Assembly (NCBI GenBank): GCA_965203055.1
Contig: OZ241863.1
Span: 2,336,001 to 2,400,000, forward strand
Source of the DNA: Spirochaetia bacterium
GTDB taxonomy: Bacteria > Spirochaetota > Spirochaetia > SZUA-6 > Bin103
Direction: 5' to 3'
Length of the DNA stretch: 64,000 nucleotides
This document shows, piece after piece, positions 42,280 to 51,310 of this stretch (position 1 is its first letter; each line of letters opens with the position of its first letter). The notes under the pieces were generated by a model. It saw nothing but the letters and a program-made list of their open reading frames with translations. It had not been told where the DNA came from and searched no databases. The translations under genes were made by a program, and so were the position numbers.

Positions 42280-43092
42280 TCAAGCGATACCGCGTTTGAG
42301 GTTGGTCAACTTGGCGCGCAGGCGGATGATCGCCTTGGTGTGAAGCTGCGACACGCGCGACTCCGTGACTTCCAGCACCTCGCCGATCTCGCGCAGCGTC
42401 AGCTCTTCGTAGTAGTACAGCACCAGAACCCGCTGTTCCTTTTCCGGCAGCTCCCGGAGCGCCTCCAGCATGACCCGCTTGATCTCGTTCTTCTCGACGA
42501 TTACGTCCGGATTCATACTGGCCGGAGATTCCACGCTCTCCACGATGGAGATGCGGTCGTTGTCATCGCTGCTGTGCCACAGGTCATTCAACGACATCAC
42601 CGTGGTGCTGCTGATCTTCAGCAGCAACTGCTGGAACTCCTTCAGCGACAGGTTCATCTCCCGGGCCAGCTCGGCGTCGGTAGCCGCGCGCCCCAGGGCC
42701 GCCTCGAGGCGGCGTACGGCATCCTCCACTTCGCGCGCCTTCTGACGAATCGAGCGCGGCACCCAATCGTTGCTGCGCAGCTCGTCGAAGATGGCGCCGC
42801 GGATGCGGGTCACCGCGTAGGTCTTGAACTTGACGTGCTTGCTGGGATCGAACTTCTCGATGGCGTCGAACAAGCCGAACACGCCATAGCCCACCAAGTC
42901 ATCGAACTCCACGCTGCCCGGCATTCCCACCGCCACCTTGCCGGCGACGTACTTGACCAACGGCGCGTACTGGCGCACGAAGTAGTCTCGTATGGTTATA
43001 TCTTTATGAGCACGGTAGTTATCCCACAATTCCCGTTCCTTTTCCTGAGTCAGCGCGACGACGGTGGTCCGCTCCCGGGTATCAGTTGCCAT
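42280..43092 (-). CDS. fliA: RNA polymerase sigma-28 (FliA/WhiG family)
   Basis: [52 protein letters not shown] and [25 protein letters not shown]. Confidence 0.96.
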   Translation of the reverse strand: MATDTRERTTVVALTQEKERELWDNYRAHKDITIRDYFVRQYAPLVKYVAGKVAVGMPGSVEFDDLVGYGVFGLFDAIEKFDPSKHVKFKTYAVTRIRGAIFDELRSNDWVPRSIRQKAREVEDAVRRLEAALGRAATDAELAREMNLSLKEFQQLLLKISSTTVMSLNDLWHSSDDNDRISIVESVESPASMNPDVIVEKNEIKRVMLEALRELPEKEQRVLVLYYYEELTLREIGEVLEVTESRVSQLHTKAIIRLRAKLTNLKRGIA

Positions 43093-43231
43093 GATGCCCT
43101 TCTAACGGCCGCCGAGCGGGCGCCGCGCAGCGCCGGTGAGGCGCCCGAGACGCCGCCGGCCGGCGGCGGACTGACCGAAACTTGTGACAGCGAACATGGT
43201 GCACCACTTCGTGTCCAACCCGATGGTGAAT

Positions 43232-43260
43232 ACCGTAGGCAGATTTCTGCGCAAGGTCAA
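43232..43260 (-). promoter_or_regulatory. sigma70-like promoter upstream of fliA (TTGACC-N17-TACGGT)
   Basis: Lies in the lower-GC gap of about 200 bp between flhF and fliA. Confidence 0.45.
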
Positions 43261-43298
43261 CATAGTCCCCCTTCTTGAACAGCGTAAAACGTCCTGCA

Positions 43299-44552
43299 TC
43301 ATGAACCTTCCGCCGCATGCCCTGCGGGTACTGCGGCGCGATGTTCCCGCGCCGCGGCAGCGGCGCCGAATTCCTGCTCCAGCAACGTGCGATCGAGACG
43401 AAACCCATCCAGACTCAGGAGCAAACGCACGATCGATGCCGGCGCAATATCCTGCGGCACTACCTGTCCGTCGCAGCAGTACGACAGCGGCTTGCGCGCG
43501 CCCGCAAGAGCCGACAGGACATTGCCGATGGTCGCGGTCTCGTCCAGCTTGGTCACGATCACGCCGTCGTAGGCGAACGGCTCGAACTGGCGCATGATCT
43601 CCTCCAGGTCGGTGTGCTTGGTGGTCGCGCTCAGGACCAGTTGCGTGGTACCGCGGCGGCCCACGGCGTCGAGCACCGAGCGGATCTCCGCCAGGTGGGA
43701 GTAGTCAGCGGGGCTCCTGCCAACCGTATCGATGAAGATCAGACCCGCATCCTGGCCCAACGCAATGGTCTTCTTGAGCTCCTCGGCGGTCTCCGCCGAG
43801 GTTACCGGGATGCGCATGATCTCGCCGTAGGTCTCGATCTGCTGGCGCGCGCCAATGCGGTAGTTGTCGATGGTCACGATGCGCACCGGACAGTCGGCCT
43901 CGGCCGGGCTGCCGATGGCGTGCAGCGCCGCCAGCTTGGCGACGGTGGTCGTCTTCCCTACTCCGGTGGGGCCGACCACGGTGCAGATGCGCGGTCCCGC
44001 CGCGGCGCCGTCGGCCTCCGCCAGCGGCGCCGCCAGCCGCAGCTCGCGGCCGATCCGGCGCGCCACGAAGTGATGCACCGCCGGCGGGTCTTCGAGCCGC
44101 GCCAAGGGAAACTCGGCCCGCACCTGGTCGAGCAGCCGGAGCCGCGCAGGAGCGGCAAAGTCGTTGTGCAGCAGCAGCGTGTCGAGCGCGGCCAACTGCG
44201 GATGCTCCTCCTGCCGCACGGCGACCTGCGCGCGTTCCGGCAACGAGGCGTCCAACCGCGACCGCATCGCCGCCACCTCATCCGCCAGCCGCTGCAGGTT
44301 GGCGCCGGACGGGGCCTGATGCAGGATCTTGCGCTTCTCCTGCGCCAGGTCGGGCGCCTGCGGCGCCGCGCGGTCCGGCGCCGCAGGCTCCACGAAGCCG
44401 GTTATCTCCACCCCCTGTCGGGTGAACATACCCAGCATGCCGCCCATCCGTACCGGGCGGTGAGAGTGAATGCGGGCCTCCGGTCCATACAACCGCTTCA
44501 TCGTTGCCAGCGCCTCGCGGGGGGTGGACCCCTGGATCGTGAAGTACTCCAT
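43299..44552 (-). CDS. flhF: Flagellar biosynthesis SRP-type GTPase FlhF
   Basis: VVGPTGVGKTTTVAKLAA, TIDNYRIGA, IDTVGRS, TKLDET and GQVVPQDI. Confidence 0.94.
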   Translation of the reverse strand: MEYFTIQGSTPREALATMKRLYGPEARIHSHRPVRMGGMLGMFTRQGVEITGFVEPAAPDRAAPQAPDLAQEKRKILHQAPSGANLQRLADEVAAMRSRLDASLPERAQVAVRQEEHPQLAALDTLLLHNDFAAPARLRLLDQVRAEFPLARLEDPPAVHHFVARRIGRELRLAAPLAEADGAAAGPRICTVVGPTGVGKTTTVAKLAALHAIGSPAEADCPVRIVTIDNYRIGARQQIETYGEIMRIPVTSAETAEELKKTIALGQDAGLIFIDTVGRSPADYSHLAEIRSVLDAVGRRGTTQLVLSATTKHTDLEEIMRQFEPFAYDGVIVTKLDETATIGNVLSALAGARKPLSYCCDGQVVPQDIAPASIVRLLLSLDGFRLDRTLLEQEFGAAAAAREHRAAVPAGHAAEGS

Positions 44553-44559
44553 TGGCGGC

Positions 44560-45939
44560 CTAGCGGCCCGCTCCCGGGCGCAGCGCCTCCGCGCCGGCCC
44601 GCACCTGCGCGGCGTGGGCGCGCAGCAGTTCGGCGAGCCGCGCCACGAGCCCCGCGGCGTCTCCCATTCGACAGCGGCCGCGGCTCACTTCCGCGCCGCG
44701 GATCTTCAGCGCGTACTCCGCCGGCGCCAACTGCAGGTTGTCGGTAACGAGCACCTGCGGCACCGGCGCGGCCCACTCCTCTGCCAGCCGCGCGCGCAGC
44801 CGGCCAATGCGATCCAGCAAGTCCCGGCCTTGCCGGCCCTCGGTCATCGCCACCAGCGCGTACCCCAGCTCCAGCGCCAGCGGTTCCGGCGCCGGGTCCG
44901 CTTCGTCCGCCGCGTCCGCTTCGCCCTCCGCGTCCGGCGCCTCGGCCGGGCCGCCGCGGGCGCGGCCCACGGCGTAGCCCAAGGCCGCCACCGCCGCCGC
45001 CAGGGGCAGCAGCAGATGCGGCGGAAAGCCGGGCAGCAGCGCCAACACGGCGAGAAATCCGCCGGTGAGGTAGAACGGACGGTCGCTGGATGCGAGCTGA
45101 CGCGCGGCGTCGCTGCCAAACGAGGCGCCGGACACCGCGCGGGTGACGACGATGCCGGTGGCGGTGGCGATCAGCAGCGCGGGAAGCTGCGTTACCAGGC
45201 CGTCGCCGATGGTGAGCGAGACGTAGGTCTGCGCCGCCGCCGCCAGCGGCTCGCCATGCACGCTCACGCCCATGATCAGCCCGCCGCCGAGATTGATCAG
45301 GGTAATGAGGATGGCCACCCGGACGCTGCCTGACACGAACTTCGAAGCGCCGTCCATGGCGCCGTAGAAGTCGCTTTGCAGTTGCAGCTCCTGCTTGCGC
45401 CGCCGCGCTTGCGCCTCGGTCAGCAGGCCGGCGTGATACTCCGCGTCGATGGCCATCTGCCGAGCCGGCAGCGCGTCGAGAGCGAAGCGCGCCGCGACCT
45501 CCGCTACCCGCGTGGATCCCTTGGTGATCACGACGAACTGCACCGCGATGATGATGGTGAAGATGATCAGGCCGATCAGGTAGCCGGCAATGCCGGACGC
45601 CCCCACGACGAAGCTGCCGAAGGCGCGCACGATGCGGCCGTCGAACGCCGCCCCCTGGGTCAGGATGAGCCGGGTGGAGGACACGTTGAGGGCGAGGCCG
45701 AATACGGTGACCAGGAGCAGCATGGTGGGAAACGCCGTGAACTCCAGGGTATTGCGGGCCTGCAGCACGATCAGAATCACCAGCAGGCTGAAGCAGATGT
45801 TGAGCAGCATGCCCAGGTCCAGGAGCACCGCCGGCAAGGGCACGAGCAGCATCAGCACCGCGGCGCACACGAACACCGCCACCAGCACCTCGCCGCGCTG
45901 CTGCCAGCGCTCCCCGGGGGCGCGCTTCATGCCGGTCAT
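44560..45939 (-). CDS. flhA: FlhA export-gate protein with a shortened cytoplasmic domain (459 aa)
   Basis: FPTMLLLVTVFGLALNVSSTRLIL, VITKGSTRVAEVAARFALDA, FYGAMDGASKFV and TIGDGLVTQLPALL. Ends shortly after LELGYAL...DNLQL...YALKIRG. Confidence 0.93.
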   Translation of the reverse strand: MTGMKRAPGERWQQRGEVLVAVFVCAAVLMLLVPLPAVLLDLGMLLNICFSLLVILIVLQARNTLEFTAFPTMLLLVTVFGLALNVSSTRLILTQGAAFDGRIVRAFGSFVVGASGIAGYLIGLIIFTIIIAVQFVVITKGSTRVAEVAARFALDALPARQMAIDAEYHAGLLTEAQARRRKQELQLQSDFYGAMDGASKFVSGSVRVAILITLINLGGGLIMGVSVHGEPLAAAAQTYVSLTIGDGLVTQLPALLIATATGIVVTRAVSGASFGSDAARQLASSDRPFYLTGGFLAVLALLPGFPPHLLLPLAAAVAALGYAVGRARGGPAEAPDAEGEADAADEADPAPEPLALELGYALVAMTEGRQGRDLLDRIGRLRARLAEEWAAPVPQVLVTDNLQLAPAEYALKIRGAEVSRGRCRMGDAAGLVARLAELLRAHAAQVRAGAEALRPGAGR

Positions 45940-47039
45940 GGCGCCCCTCCCGGGCCGCGGCGCTGCAGTTCGGCCAGAATTGCCGCGGCCGGCCGGTAGC
46001 ACGCCGCGGGAATGGGATCGCCGACCGCGGACGCGTGCCACAGCGCCTCGGCCAGCGGCTGCCGCTCCACGACGGCCACGCCGTTGACCGCGGCCAGGGC
46101 GCGGATTCGGCGCGCGCCGTCCCCCGCCCCCTTGGCCACGACCACCGGCGCCGGCATGGCGGCGGCGTCCCACCGCAGCGCCACCGCCCGGCGCCGGCCA
46201 TCGGCAATCACCACGTCGGCCGCCGCCACCTGCGCGCCCATGGTGCGGCCAAGCAGCTCGCGCATCCGCGCCCGCAGCCGCGCGCGCACCGCCGGGTCGC
46301 CCTCCTGCCGGCGCCGCTCCTCGCGCAGCTGGCGCGGCGCCACGCGCAGCCGGAGGTGAAGCCGGTAGCGCCGGAACGAGTAGTCGAGCAGGGCCAGCGC
46401 CAGGAGCGCCGCCGCCGCCTGGCTGCCGCTGCGCAGCGCCGCGCGCGCCAGCGCGGCGCCGCCCGCGGCCAGCGGCGCGCCGGGCAGCCGCTCCAGTACC
46501 GCGCCGACGGCGGCCACCGCAATGGCGCCGATGACCGCCACCTTGAGCAGCTCCTTGACGAGGTTGAAGGCCGCCTCGACCGAGCAGGCGCGGCGCGCGA
46601 AGCGGCTCCAACGCGGCGCCACCCGGCCGGCGTCCGGCATGATCGCGCGCGGCGCAAGCCGCACTCCCCCTTGCGCCAGGTGGCCGCCGGCCGCCGCGGC
46701 CAGGCCGAACGCCGCCACCGGCCACGCCAGCCGCATGACGTGGCCGAGCGCGGCCCCTGCGGCCGCGCCCGATGCGGCCGCGGCGCCCTCCGGCGACCCT
46801 GCCGCGGCCAGGAACTGGCCCATCACGGAACCGGCCGCGGCCCACAGCGAGGCGCCGAGCAGCGCCAGGGCGGCCACGCCGCCAAGCAGCGCCAGGGCGG
46901 CCGGCAGCTCCGCCGAGCGCGCCACCATGCCGGCCTCCCGCGCCGCGCGCCGGCGCCGCGCGCCGGGCGGTTCGGTGCCCTCAACGTCGGGGGCGGCAAA
47001 CCACTGCAGGTGGACCTGCGCGAAGCCGCTTGACCTCAC
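45936..47039 (-). CDS. flhB: FlhB export-switch protein lacking the NPTH motif
   Basis: HLQWFAA...AREAGMVARSAEL, FNLVKELLK, EERRRQEGDPAVRARLR, ADVVIADGRRRAVALRWD and PVVVAKG. Confidence 0.88.
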   Translation of the reverse strand: MRSSGFAQVHLQWFAAPDVEGTEPPGARRRRAAREAGMVARSAELPAALALLGGVAALALLGASLWAAAGSVMGQFLAAAGSPEGAAAASGAAAGAALGHVMRLAWPVAAFGLAAAAGGHLAQGGVRLAPRAIMPDAGRVAPRWSRFARRACSVEAAFNLVKELLKVAVIGAIAVAAVGAVLERLPGAPLAAGGAALARAALRSGSQAAAALLALALLDYSFRRYRLHLRLRVAPRQLREERRRQEGDPAVRARLRARMRELLGRTMGAQVAAADVVIADGRRRAVALRWDAAAMPAPVVVAKGAGDGARRIRALAAVNGVAVVERQPLAEALWHASAVGDPIPAACYRPAAAILAELQRRGPGGAP

Positions 47040-47881
47040 GGCGCCGCCCCCGGGGCCGCCGCCGCGGCCGCGCGCAGCGCCGCAAGCAGCCGGCGCAGGT
47101 CGACGAATCCCGCGTCGATCACGGCCGCGGCGGCGTCGAGCAGCGCCGGCAGACCGAGCAGCAGGATCACCAGTCCGGCGCCGAGCGAAACCGGCAGGCC
47201 GAGCAGCAACAGGTTCGCGTGCGGCGCGGCCTTGGCCAGCAGCGCCAGCGCGACCGACACCATCAGCAACGCGCCGAAGATTGGCAGAGCGATGGTCAGC
47301 GCCGCGCTGAACAGCCGCGCCAAGCTGCCGGCGGCGCGCTGCAACAGGACTCCGGCGCCGCGCGCCGCGCCGGCCTCCAGGCCGATCACCAGATCGGCGG
47401 CCAGCACGCTCTGGAACGAGCCCGCCACGCCGGTCAGCAGCAGGCGGTGCAACCCGCCGACCGCGAGGAACACCAGCAACGCCAGCAGCGAGAACAACTG
47501 CCCCAGCATCGGGGACTGGTGTCCGGCCACCGGATCGAACGACTCCGCCACCCCGAAGCCGATCGGCAGCGCGATGAACTGCCCGGCCAGCCGCAAGGCC
47601 GCGAACGCCAGGTACACCAGAAAGCCCAGCAGTACCCCGAGCAGCGCCTCGCCGATCAGGAGCAACCCGTACTGCACGCCGGAGGCCGGCAGCGGATACC
47701 CGGCCGCGATGACCCCGGGCAGCGCGATCATGGCAATGAACAGGGCCAGGCCGATCTTGCCCACCTGGGGAATCGCGCGCGACGACAGCAGCGGCGCGAC
47801 CTGGATCATGGCGAGCACGCGCGCCAGCACCAGAAGGCCGACTCCCAGATCGTCGAGCAGGCTGCGGATCATGCCGGTCAT
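47036..47881 (-). CDS. fliR: Flagellar export protein FliR
   Basis: LLVLARVLAMIQVAPLLSS, GEALLGVLLGF, AGQFI...GFG...FDP and LLAKAAPHANLLLLGLP. Confidence 0.88.
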   Translation of the reverse strand: MTGMIRSLLDDLGVGLLVLARVLAMIQVAPLLSSRAIPQVGKIGLALFIAMIALPGVIAAGYPLPASGVQYGLLLIGEALLGVLLGFLVYLAFAALRLAGQFIALPIGFGVAESFDPVAGHQSPMLGQLFSLLALLVFLAVGGLHRLLLTGVAGSFQSVLAADLVIGLEAGAARGAGVLLQRAAGSLARLFSAALTIALPIFGALLMVSVALALLAKAAPHANLLLLGLPVSLGAGLVILLLGLPALLDAAAAVIDAGFVDLRRLLAALRAAAAAAPGAAP

Positions 47882-48159
47882 CGCGCCAGCCCCGGGATCT
47901 GCTCGAACAGCCGCCGCGTGAAGTCCAGCATGGAGCCGCCGAGCCAGGGTCCCAGCAGCAGCGCGGCTCCGAGGACCGCGAAGATCTTCGGGACGAAGGT
48001 GAGCGTCTGTTCCTGGATCGAGGTGACCGCCTGCAGCACCGAAATCACCAGCCCGACCAGCACGCTGACCAGCAGCAGCGGCCCGGCCATCATCACCAGT
48101 TGCAGCACGCCTTCCTGGGCCAGCGCCGCAACCGCGCCCAACGTCATGCCCGCGCTCAC
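47878..48159 (-). CDS. fliQ: Flagellar export protein FliQ
   Basis: GPLLLVSVLVGLVISVLQAVTSIQEQTLTFVPK. Confidence 0.95.
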   Translation of the reverse strand: MSAGMTLGAVAALAQEGVLQLVMMAGPLLLVSVLVGLVISVLQAVTSIQEQTLTFVPKIFAVLGAALLLGPWLGGSMLDFTRRLFEQIPGLAR

Positions 48160-48992
48160 CGAAAGCTGCCGATCACCTGCATGGTGAGCAGGTCCCAGCC
48201 GTCCACCAGCACGAACAGGACCAGCTTGAACGGCAGCGAAATCAGCACCGGCGGCAACACGATGATGCCCATCGAGATCAGGGTGGTCGCCACCACCAGG
48301 TCGATGATGACGAACGGAATGAAGATCAGCACCCCGATCTTGAACGCAACCGTGAGCTCATGGAGGATGAACGCCGGAATCAGAATGTAGGTCGGTACGT
48401 CGGCGCGGGTGTTCGGTTTCGGCAGCTCGCGCAGGTGCATGAACAGCCGGATGTTGTCGGCGTCGTCGCCGAGCTGCCGGAACATGAATTCGCGCACCGG
48501 CCGTTCGGCGCGCTGCAGCAGTTGGGCGCCGTCCAGCTCGCCGCGGGTGTAGGGCTGCAGCGCGTCGCGGTCGATCGCCTCGAAAGTGGGCCACATGATG
48601 AACGCGGTCAGAAACAGCGCTATCCCCGCCAGCACCTGATTGGGCGGCATCTCCTGCAGCGACAGCGCCCGTTTGACGAAGTGGAACACGATGGCCAAAC
48701 GCAGGAACGAGGTGGTCAGAATCATGATGGCGGGCGCCAGGGAAAGCACCGCCAGGAGCAACAGGAGCTGCAGCGACAGCACCAGTTCGCGGTTGGACTG
48801 CGCCTCGCGCAACGAAAGATCCAGGAACGGAATGGCGGGCGCGTCGCCGCGGCCCGGCGCCGCGGACTGGGCCGCGGCCGGGAGCGGTCCGAGCAGCGCC
48901 GCGGCCGCCAGCGCCGCGGCGCCGAGCAGGCGGCGGGCGACCGGGCGCGCGCGCCGGCGCGCAGCCATGGCGCGGCTAGTCCGCGGCACCAT
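48156..48992 (-). CDS. fliP: Flagellar export protein FliP
   Basis: LSLAPAIMILTTSFLRL, PPNQVLAGIALFLT, LIPAFILHELTVAFKIG and ISLPFKLVLFVLVDGW. Confidence 0.96.
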   Translation of the reverse strand: MVPRTSRAMAARRRARPVARRLLGAAALAAAALLGPLPAAAQSAAPGRGDAPAIPFLDLSLREAQSNRELVLSLQLLLLLAVLSLAPAIMILTTSFLRLAIVFHFVKRALSLQEMPPNQVLAGIALFLTAFIMWPTFEAIDRDALQPYTRGELDGAQLLQRAERPVREFMFRQLGDDADNIRLFMHLRELPKPNTRADVPTYILIPAFILHELTVAFKIGVLIFIPFVIIDLVVATTLISMGIIVLPPVLISLPFKLVLFVLVDGWDLLTMQVIGSFR

Positions 48993-49566
48993 CTTCCTCT
49001 TGTTGCGGGCGCCGGCGCAGGCGCTGCAGACGCTCCTGCTGGTGGCGCAGGAAGGCGGCGGGCGACCGGCTGCCGGGCGCGCGCGGCGCGGCGCCCGCGG
49101 CCGCGAGCAGGTCGGAAAAGCGCGGCCCCGCGCCGTTGCGGTGGGAGTGGTCCGGGGCGGGCGCGGCGCCGTCGTCCGCGGGCGTGACTTGCGCGATCAG
49201 ATTGAGAGCTTGATCGGTCGCCCCCACCAGGTACACGCCGCTTCCCACCTGCACCAGGTGCAGGCTGCGGCTGCCGCCGAGGGAACGGGAACCGAGCAGC
49301 GTGATACCGGCGCCGTCACCGTCCCGCACCCGCGCGGCGCGCTTGATGAACAGGAACAGCAGGTAGACCGCGCCCAGCACCGCGGCGAGCACCACCACCA
49401 TGCGCACGAAGTCGCCGGTGGAGACCGCCGCCGGCCGCGCCGCCGCGGCGCCCGCTTCGGCGGCGCCCGGCAGCGGCGTAAGGTCGGACTGCGGCGCCGC
49501 CTCCTGGGCAGCGCCGTCATGCGCTGCGCCCAGCAGCGCTCCGGCCAGCAGCAGGGCGCCCGCCAT
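48976..49566 (-). CDS. fliO: FliO/FliZ-like export-gate assembly protein; start uncertain
   Basis: Lies between fliN and fliP. TM helix RMVVVLAAVLGAVYLLFLFIKR, then SLGGSRSLHLVQVG..YLVG and the tail FLRHQQERL. Confidence 0.8.
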   Translation of the reverse strand: MAGALLLAGALLGAAHDGAAQEAAPQSDLTPLPGAAEAGAAAARPAAVSTGDFVRMVVVLAAVLGAVYLLFLFIKRAARVRDGDGAGITLLGSRSLGGSRSLHLVQVGSGVYLVGATDQALNLIAQVTPADDGAAPAPDHSHRNGAGPRFSDLLAAAGAAPRAPGSRSPAAFLRHQQERLQRLRRRPQQEEDGAAD

Positions 49567-49716
49567 TGGTATGTGTGTCCGCCGCGCGCGCCTCGCCGGC
49601 GCGCCGCGGTGTGCTGCAGTGTACAGGTTGTTCCCCTCCCAGGAACGTAGCCGAACCACGCTCAAACACCAGTAATCCCGTGCGGCCCCTTCAGTCAGCC
49701 GCCCGGTTCTTCAGAA

Positions 49717-50124
49717 TCAGCCCTCCGCTGCCGCCGCATGCTCCCCGGGCGCCGCCGGCGGTTCCGCGCGGCCCACGATCTCGGTCACGCGCACGCCGAA
49801 GTTGTCATCGACGATCACCACCTCGCCGCGCGCGATCGGTTTGTGGTTCACCAGAATCGCCACCGGTTCACCGGCGAGCTGGTCCAGTTCGATCACCGCT
49901 CCCTCGTTCACCTCGAGCACCTCGCGGATGGTCCGCGTGGTGCTCCCCAGCTCCACCGTCACGCGCAGGTCCACGTCCAGCAGCAGGCCGATGTTCGCCT
50001 GCCCCGAGCCGCTGCCCGGCGCCTGCTCCAGGGTGGGAAGCCGCACCGGCCTGACCTCCGCCGCGGAAGGGGCGGACGCCGCGGGCGCGGCGGGTGCCGC
50101 GGCGGCAGTCGGGCTGCCGCTCAC
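49717..50124 (-). CDS. fliN: Flagellar switch protein FliN (SpoA domain only)
   Basis: NIGLLLDVDLRVTVELG...GAVIELDQLAGEPVAILVNHKPIARGEVVIVDDNFGVRVTEI. Confidence 0.92.
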   Translation of the reverse strand: MSGSPTAAAAPAAPAASAPSAAEVRPVRLPTLEQAPGSGSGQANIGLLLDVDLRVTVELGSTTRTIREVLEVNEGAVIELDQLAGEPVAILVNHKPIARGEVVIVDDNFGVRVTEIVGRAEPPAAPGEHAAAAEG

Positions 50125-51134
50125 TGCGCTGCCTCCGCCGCGCCGGCGAGCGGCTGCGCGACCTGGACCGCGCGCCGCTTCCCGACCACCCCCGGCCGGC
50201 AGCGAAACACCGGGTGACCGCCGACCTTCAGGAGCAACTCATCACCCGGCCGCCGGTCGTCGAGACGAATCAGGTCGCCTTTCCGCAACGCCAGGATGCG
50301 CGGCAGGGGCAGCCGCGCGCTGCCGATCTCGGCGCTGATGGGAACCCTCACCCCCTGCAATGCCGCGTGCAGCGCCGCGCGGCGCCCGACCGGCTGCGGC
50401 GCGGCGGGGCGCGGATGCGGGACGCCGCGCGGACGCGGGACGCCGCGCGGGCGAATCGACTTCAGCGTGAGGCAGGGGATGGCTACCTGCATCTCGCCGG
50501 CGGCGCGGCCAATGGAGGCGCTGAACGCGACCCGCACCAGCATCCCCGCCGGCGCGGCCGCCGCCGCGTCGCCGCGCCCCCCGCAGTACGCCAGCCGCGG
50601 CCGGAGCCGCGCCACCGGCTGCCAGGCCGACTGCAGATGAGGCAGCAGGCCGGCGATGCGGTTGCGCAGCACCGAATGCTCGATCTCGCTCAGTTCGCGC
50701 GCCGGCACGCTCGGCGCGCCCCGGCCTCCCAGGAGGCGGTCGAGCAGGGCGAAGGCCAGCCGCTGGTCGACCGCCAGCAGCGCCACGCCCGCCAGAGGAT
50801 CCAGCGCTACGCCGGCCAGCGCGACGGCCCGGGGCAGCCAGGCGCGGAACTGATCGGCGGTGATCTGCGCTACGGAGTGCGGGTGGAGCTCGACCTGGGC
50901 GCGGGTATGGTTGGCAAGGGATTCGGCTGCCAGGCGGGCGAACGTTTCATGCACTGCGGCCACCGCGGCCACCTGCTCGCGTGACAGGCGCCCGGCGAAC
51001 CCGAAGTCATAGCCCCCGATCCGAACACCGGAACGGTCATCAGCGCCCGCGGCGGCCCGGTTCCGCGCCGCCGCGCTGCCTCCGGCAGCGGCCGGCGGCG
51101 CAACCTGGCCGCGGCTCGAACCCGCATCACCCAC
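50121..51134 (-). CDS. fliM: Divergent FliM lacking the N-terminal CheY-binding motif
   Basis: YDF....RLSREQV....VHETFARL, LLDRLLGGRG, RELSEIE and IPCLTL..I, plus a SpoA tail LRKGDLIRL...FRCRPGVVGKRRAVQV. The GTG at 51134 follows GGAGGGAG. Confidence 0.85.
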   Translation of the reverse strand: MGDAGSSRGQVAPPAAAGGSAAARNRAAAGADDRSGVRIGGYDFGFAGRLSREQVAAVAAVHETFARLAAESLANHTRAQVELHPHSVAQITADQFRAWLPRAVALAGVALDPLAGVALLAVDQRLAFALLDRLLGGRGAPSVPARELSEIEHSVLRNRIAGLLPHLQSAWQPVARLRPRLAYCGGRGDAAAAAPAGMLVRVAFSASIGRAAGEMQVAIPCLTLKSIRPRGVPRPRGVPHPRPAAPQPVGRRAALHAALQGVRVPISAEIGSARLPLPRILALRKGDLIRLDDRRPGDELLLKVGGHPVFRCRPGVVGKRRAVQVAQPLAGAAEAAQ

Positions 51135-51249
51135 GCGCTCCCTCCCCAGTAGCGGCCGGCGCGCTGCCCGGTTCCAAGGGCGGGGAACCTGCGGCGCCGG
51201 CCTCACCCCGGCGCCCGCCGCGTGGGGCAGCGTGGCCGGGTCGGGCTCC

Positions 51250-51278
51250 ACGTTACGGCAATGTGGAAAAAGGTGCAA
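51250..51278 (-). promoter_or_regulatory. Promoter-like element between fliF and fliM (TTGCAC-N17-TAACGT)
   Basis: An AT-richer patch in the 175-bp fliF-fliM gap. Confidence 0.4.
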
Positions 51279-51310
51279 GCCGCCGCCGCGGGCGCCGCGG
51301 GCGCCGGCCA

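Noticed and set aside
43102..43302. 66-aa ORF between flhF and fliA as a gene or flhG remnant
   Set aside because: It has no MinD/ParA motifs and atypical codon use. The region is better explained as promoter and leader.
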